The notes under the pieces are model-generated. The model saw only the letters and a list, made by a program, of their open reading frames with translations. It was not told the DNA's origin and searched no databases. DNA of 64,000 nt from Camelus dromedarius (lineage: Eukaryota): the NCBI RefSeq assembly GCF_036321535.1, contig NC_087436.1, forward strand, positions 16,430,001 through 16,494,000, written 5' to 3'. Below are positions 61,087-64,000 of the stretch, piece by piece (the first letter of the stretch is position 1; every line of letters starts with the position of its first letter). A program made the position numbers and the translations under genes.

Positions 61087-61184
61087 GTCTACAAGAACTT
61101 TCGTAGGGAAGTTTTTTCTCCAACCTCTTACACTTTGAAACTCTAGAGCAGAGTAAACCCCAGTGTATGGTTGTTACAAAGCAG

Positions 61185-61347
61185 ACGTCTTCTGCTCTGG
61201 CTGTACATTAGAATCAACTGGGAAGATCTGAAAAATTCTATCGCCAGGCTGCACCACCTATTAAAGAGTCCTTGGATGCAGAGCCCAGGCGTCAGCATTT
61301 GTTAAAGCTCCACAGATCTAATGTGTAGCTTAGGTTGAAAACCTCTG
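61185..61347. mobile_element. MER5-like hAT relic
   Basis: ggctgtacattagaatcaactgggaag...aaagctcc...ctaatgtgtagc..aggttgaaaacctctg. Confidence 0.55.
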
Positions 61348-61705
61348 ACAAATGAACTTATTTACGAAACAGAAACAGACTCACAAAGAAAACAAACTCA
61401 CGGTTACCAGTGGGGGAAGGGGGTGGGAAGGGATAAATTGGGAGTTCGAGATTTGCAGATACTAACTACTATGTATAAAATAGATTAACAAGTTTATAAC
61501 GTATAGCACAGGGAACTATATTCAATATCTTGTAGTAACTTACAGTGAAAAAGACTATGAAAACGAATATATGTATGCTCATGTATGACTGAAGCATTGT
61601 GCTGTACACCAGAAAAATGACACACTGTAAATTGACTACTGCAATTAAAAAAAAATATATATATATATATAAAAGAAAACTACATATACAACAAAAGAAA
61701 AAAAA
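61348..61705 (+). mobile_element. 5'-truncated LINE-1 3' end with A-rich tail and 11-bp target-site duplication
   Basis: gaaaacctctg at 61337-61347 and again at 61706-61716; L1 3'-UTR text (acaaatgaacttatttacgaaacagaaacagactcac...gggataaattgggagttcgagatt). Confidence 0.88.
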
Positions 61706-61864
61706 GAAAACCTCTGTGGAGGAAGTTTCTGGCAGTAACTGTAATTAATCGTTCAGTTATCCTATTTAAGTTCTCTCCGTCACTCATCCGACAGTCTATA
61801 AACATTGAGAGTCACCTACAGCCCAAGAACAATGTTCTCTTTGTGAGAAAAGGAAAGAAGACAC

Positions 61865-62080
61865 TCATTACAGTTTATTGAATGCCTGTTTTATGCCACG
61901 TCCTAAAATGAGTACTTTCATAAATTAGATATATTATCACCATCTCTGTTGGTCTGTGAAGAAACCAAAAGCTCAGAGGGGTTATATAACTTGCCCAAAC
62001 ACCACAGCAAATGTGGATTCAAAATCTAAATCCAAGTCTGACTACAGAGCCCAGGGGCTATTTGGCTAGTCTCACACTAT
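61865..62080. mobile_element. MIR relic
   Basis: gaagaaacc..agctcagaggggttatataacttgcccaa...ggattcaaa...ccaagtctgactacagagccc. Confidence 0.6.
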
Positions 62081-64000
62081 GACCTCCTCTAAGAGCTCAG
62101 GGAAAGAAGTCTTGCAAGGCTATTAAAGTAACTCAGGGGTGCCACCCTACACCAGATTCACTGATTAAAATACTCACTGTAGTATATTTAGAACATGCTT
62201 TCAGATTACATAACTACAGTCACATTCCTATAATTCAGTCAAACAATATATAAGTTGGTAAATTCACAGCCTTTCCTCACATAGAAATCTTAAGAAAAAT
62301 TTTCCTTTAATAAGACACCCCCTGAAATGTACCAAAGAATTTTTTAAATCAGTATACTAGATATTACTTGTAAATAGATTTGCTTCCATTATCATTTTTA
62401 TGGCTTTTTTTTTTAAGTATCAGAAACATCAGTTCCATTGATTAGAAGGAAAGTCAGTGTAAATTAGGCAACCATTTAAAAACAGAAGCTTTAACACTTT
62501 TGTACTGGATTTGTGACAGCAGACTCTGAAACACTTCGGTTTTAATAATGAGATATGAGAACAACTAATCTGAATCAGCGCCTAGGGGCTGGTAGCGCAC
62601 AAAGTGGTCTCACCTGCAGCCGTATCTTAGATTTGTTTCCACTGAGCACAGCTGAAAGGGGTCTCGGTGCGTGAGACGTGTGACTGGTTAGCAGAGGCGA
62701 ACAGTGGTAAACAGAACCCACCGCCTGTTCGTGTGCCCGGGTGGAGGCAGCAGCCAGCTCCCGCCTATGAACAGGGCTGTGTGGAAGCTGCGGACCTGTG
62801 CCTTCCCCTGAGTATTGCTGCCCCCTCCCCTGACTACACGGCCCGCCAACACCAGCAGAGTCTCATCCCAACCGTAGGAGTGAGCCTTTCAAGCAAAGCG
62901 CTGGCTTACTGGATTGTGAGCAGCAGGTGGCATGGCCATGCCCACCTGCTAAGCATGCCTGCAGGCTTTCGGTGTGAGGTTATCACTGATTTCCGGGATG
63001 CCTGGAAGGTGGGAGAGGTGCCCGTCTCCCCAGCCCCAACTACGGAGCTACCCACGTCCGGCTCTGGCCCAGGTCAGCTCACAGCCACAACCCCTAAGTC
63101 TTAACGCCACCCAGTTACCTAACATGCGGAGAAGAATTCCTAATGACTCACTTTCACGAATAAGGGGGTGTTGAAGATGAACAAACATGCTACTTACATT
63201 TAAATGAAGTTTTTACAATTGACCTACTTATATGCTGATTTGCTTGGCAAATGCTCCCTCCATCCCCACAAAGTGGGCTTCTGCCCAACTGAGCCATTTA
63301 CCCACCAAATGCCTCCATTTACTGAGCAACTACAATGTACAAATCACTGACCTCAAACAGAGCCTGAGGTTCATTACGATGATTTATTTTGTTAGGGCAC
63401 GGAGGTCTTCAAAACGGCTTGGTCCTGCTTTTTCTTTTGCTTTTGTCAACAAAATCAATTACGCTCAGAGATGAAGTCACCACCCCACATTCCTGGGGTA
63501 ATAAAGAGGGTATAAAAGTACTGAAGACCATTAACTAGTTTTAAATACCCAAGAAAAACCAAAGCTCCAGGGAAAAGCGAAAACGTTGAAGGTCAGAAGC
63601 TACCGTGGATTTACATTTCACGGCTTTGAAAAGAAGTTTTGAGTTCAGAAGGTCAAAGAGTTACATTTTAGCTCTGCCAATCAGGATGAGATACTACCAG
63701 CCCTTTCATCACACTTCACAAATCTGGAAAATCTTTCACCACCAGCAGACCCACGAGACATCATCAGATAAAACATCAGCACATCAGACAGTTTATAATC
63801 TCAAGATGTTGGATAATGTTCCAAATGTACTTTTTTTCTTTCTTCTTTCAACCAACAGGAATGCTCACAGTAGACAGCCCCTGGGCACACGCTTCGGCAT
63901 CAAAACACGAGGCGTTTTATTCCCCAGTGTCCACAGATGTGCCCCTGACTCTGAAGCCTTGAGTTACCACAGCCTTGAAAGTCTTAAACCAGGACATGGA

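Noticed and set aside
1..64000. CRISPR arrays, operons, rRNA or other prokaryotic systems
   Set aside because: The sequence is spliceosomal-intron-rich mammalian DNA, with no repeat-spacer arrays or long uninterrupted genes.

Overview
Mammalian genomic DNA, not prokaryotic. It is probably a camelid, judging from two tRNA-Ala-derived SINE copies of the Vic-1 type. The window holds the converging 3' ends of two genes. On the + strand are the last four coding exons of LRBA (C-terminal WD40 repeats, ending ...[14 protein letters not shown]) and its 3' UTR to about 21.75 kb. On the - strand are eleven constitutive exons of DCLK2, covering the whole Ser/Thr kinase domain and the Pro-rich tail ending ...AGTWRRHRD*, with a 3' UTR to about 26.45 kb. 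I traced every exon to AG/GT boundaries, and the reading-frame phases join correctly. The rest is intronic or intergenic DNA with L1, MIR, SINE, LTR and DNA-transposon relics. I found no clearly new biological system. The best leads are: (1) a DCLK2 alternative exon whose acceptor is tandemly duplicated, giving either an FDLTV-stop product or a possible in-frame 23-aa insert; (2) a NAGNAG acceptor; (3) a CpG island over the DCLK2 terminal exon; (4) an inverted SINE pair; (5) a solo LTR with intact target-site duplication; (6) a sense-oriented L1 poly(A) signal inside the kinase-coding region. Nearly all ORFs in the supplied track are spurious. Repeat family names and comparisons with human proteins come from memory and were not checked against databases.
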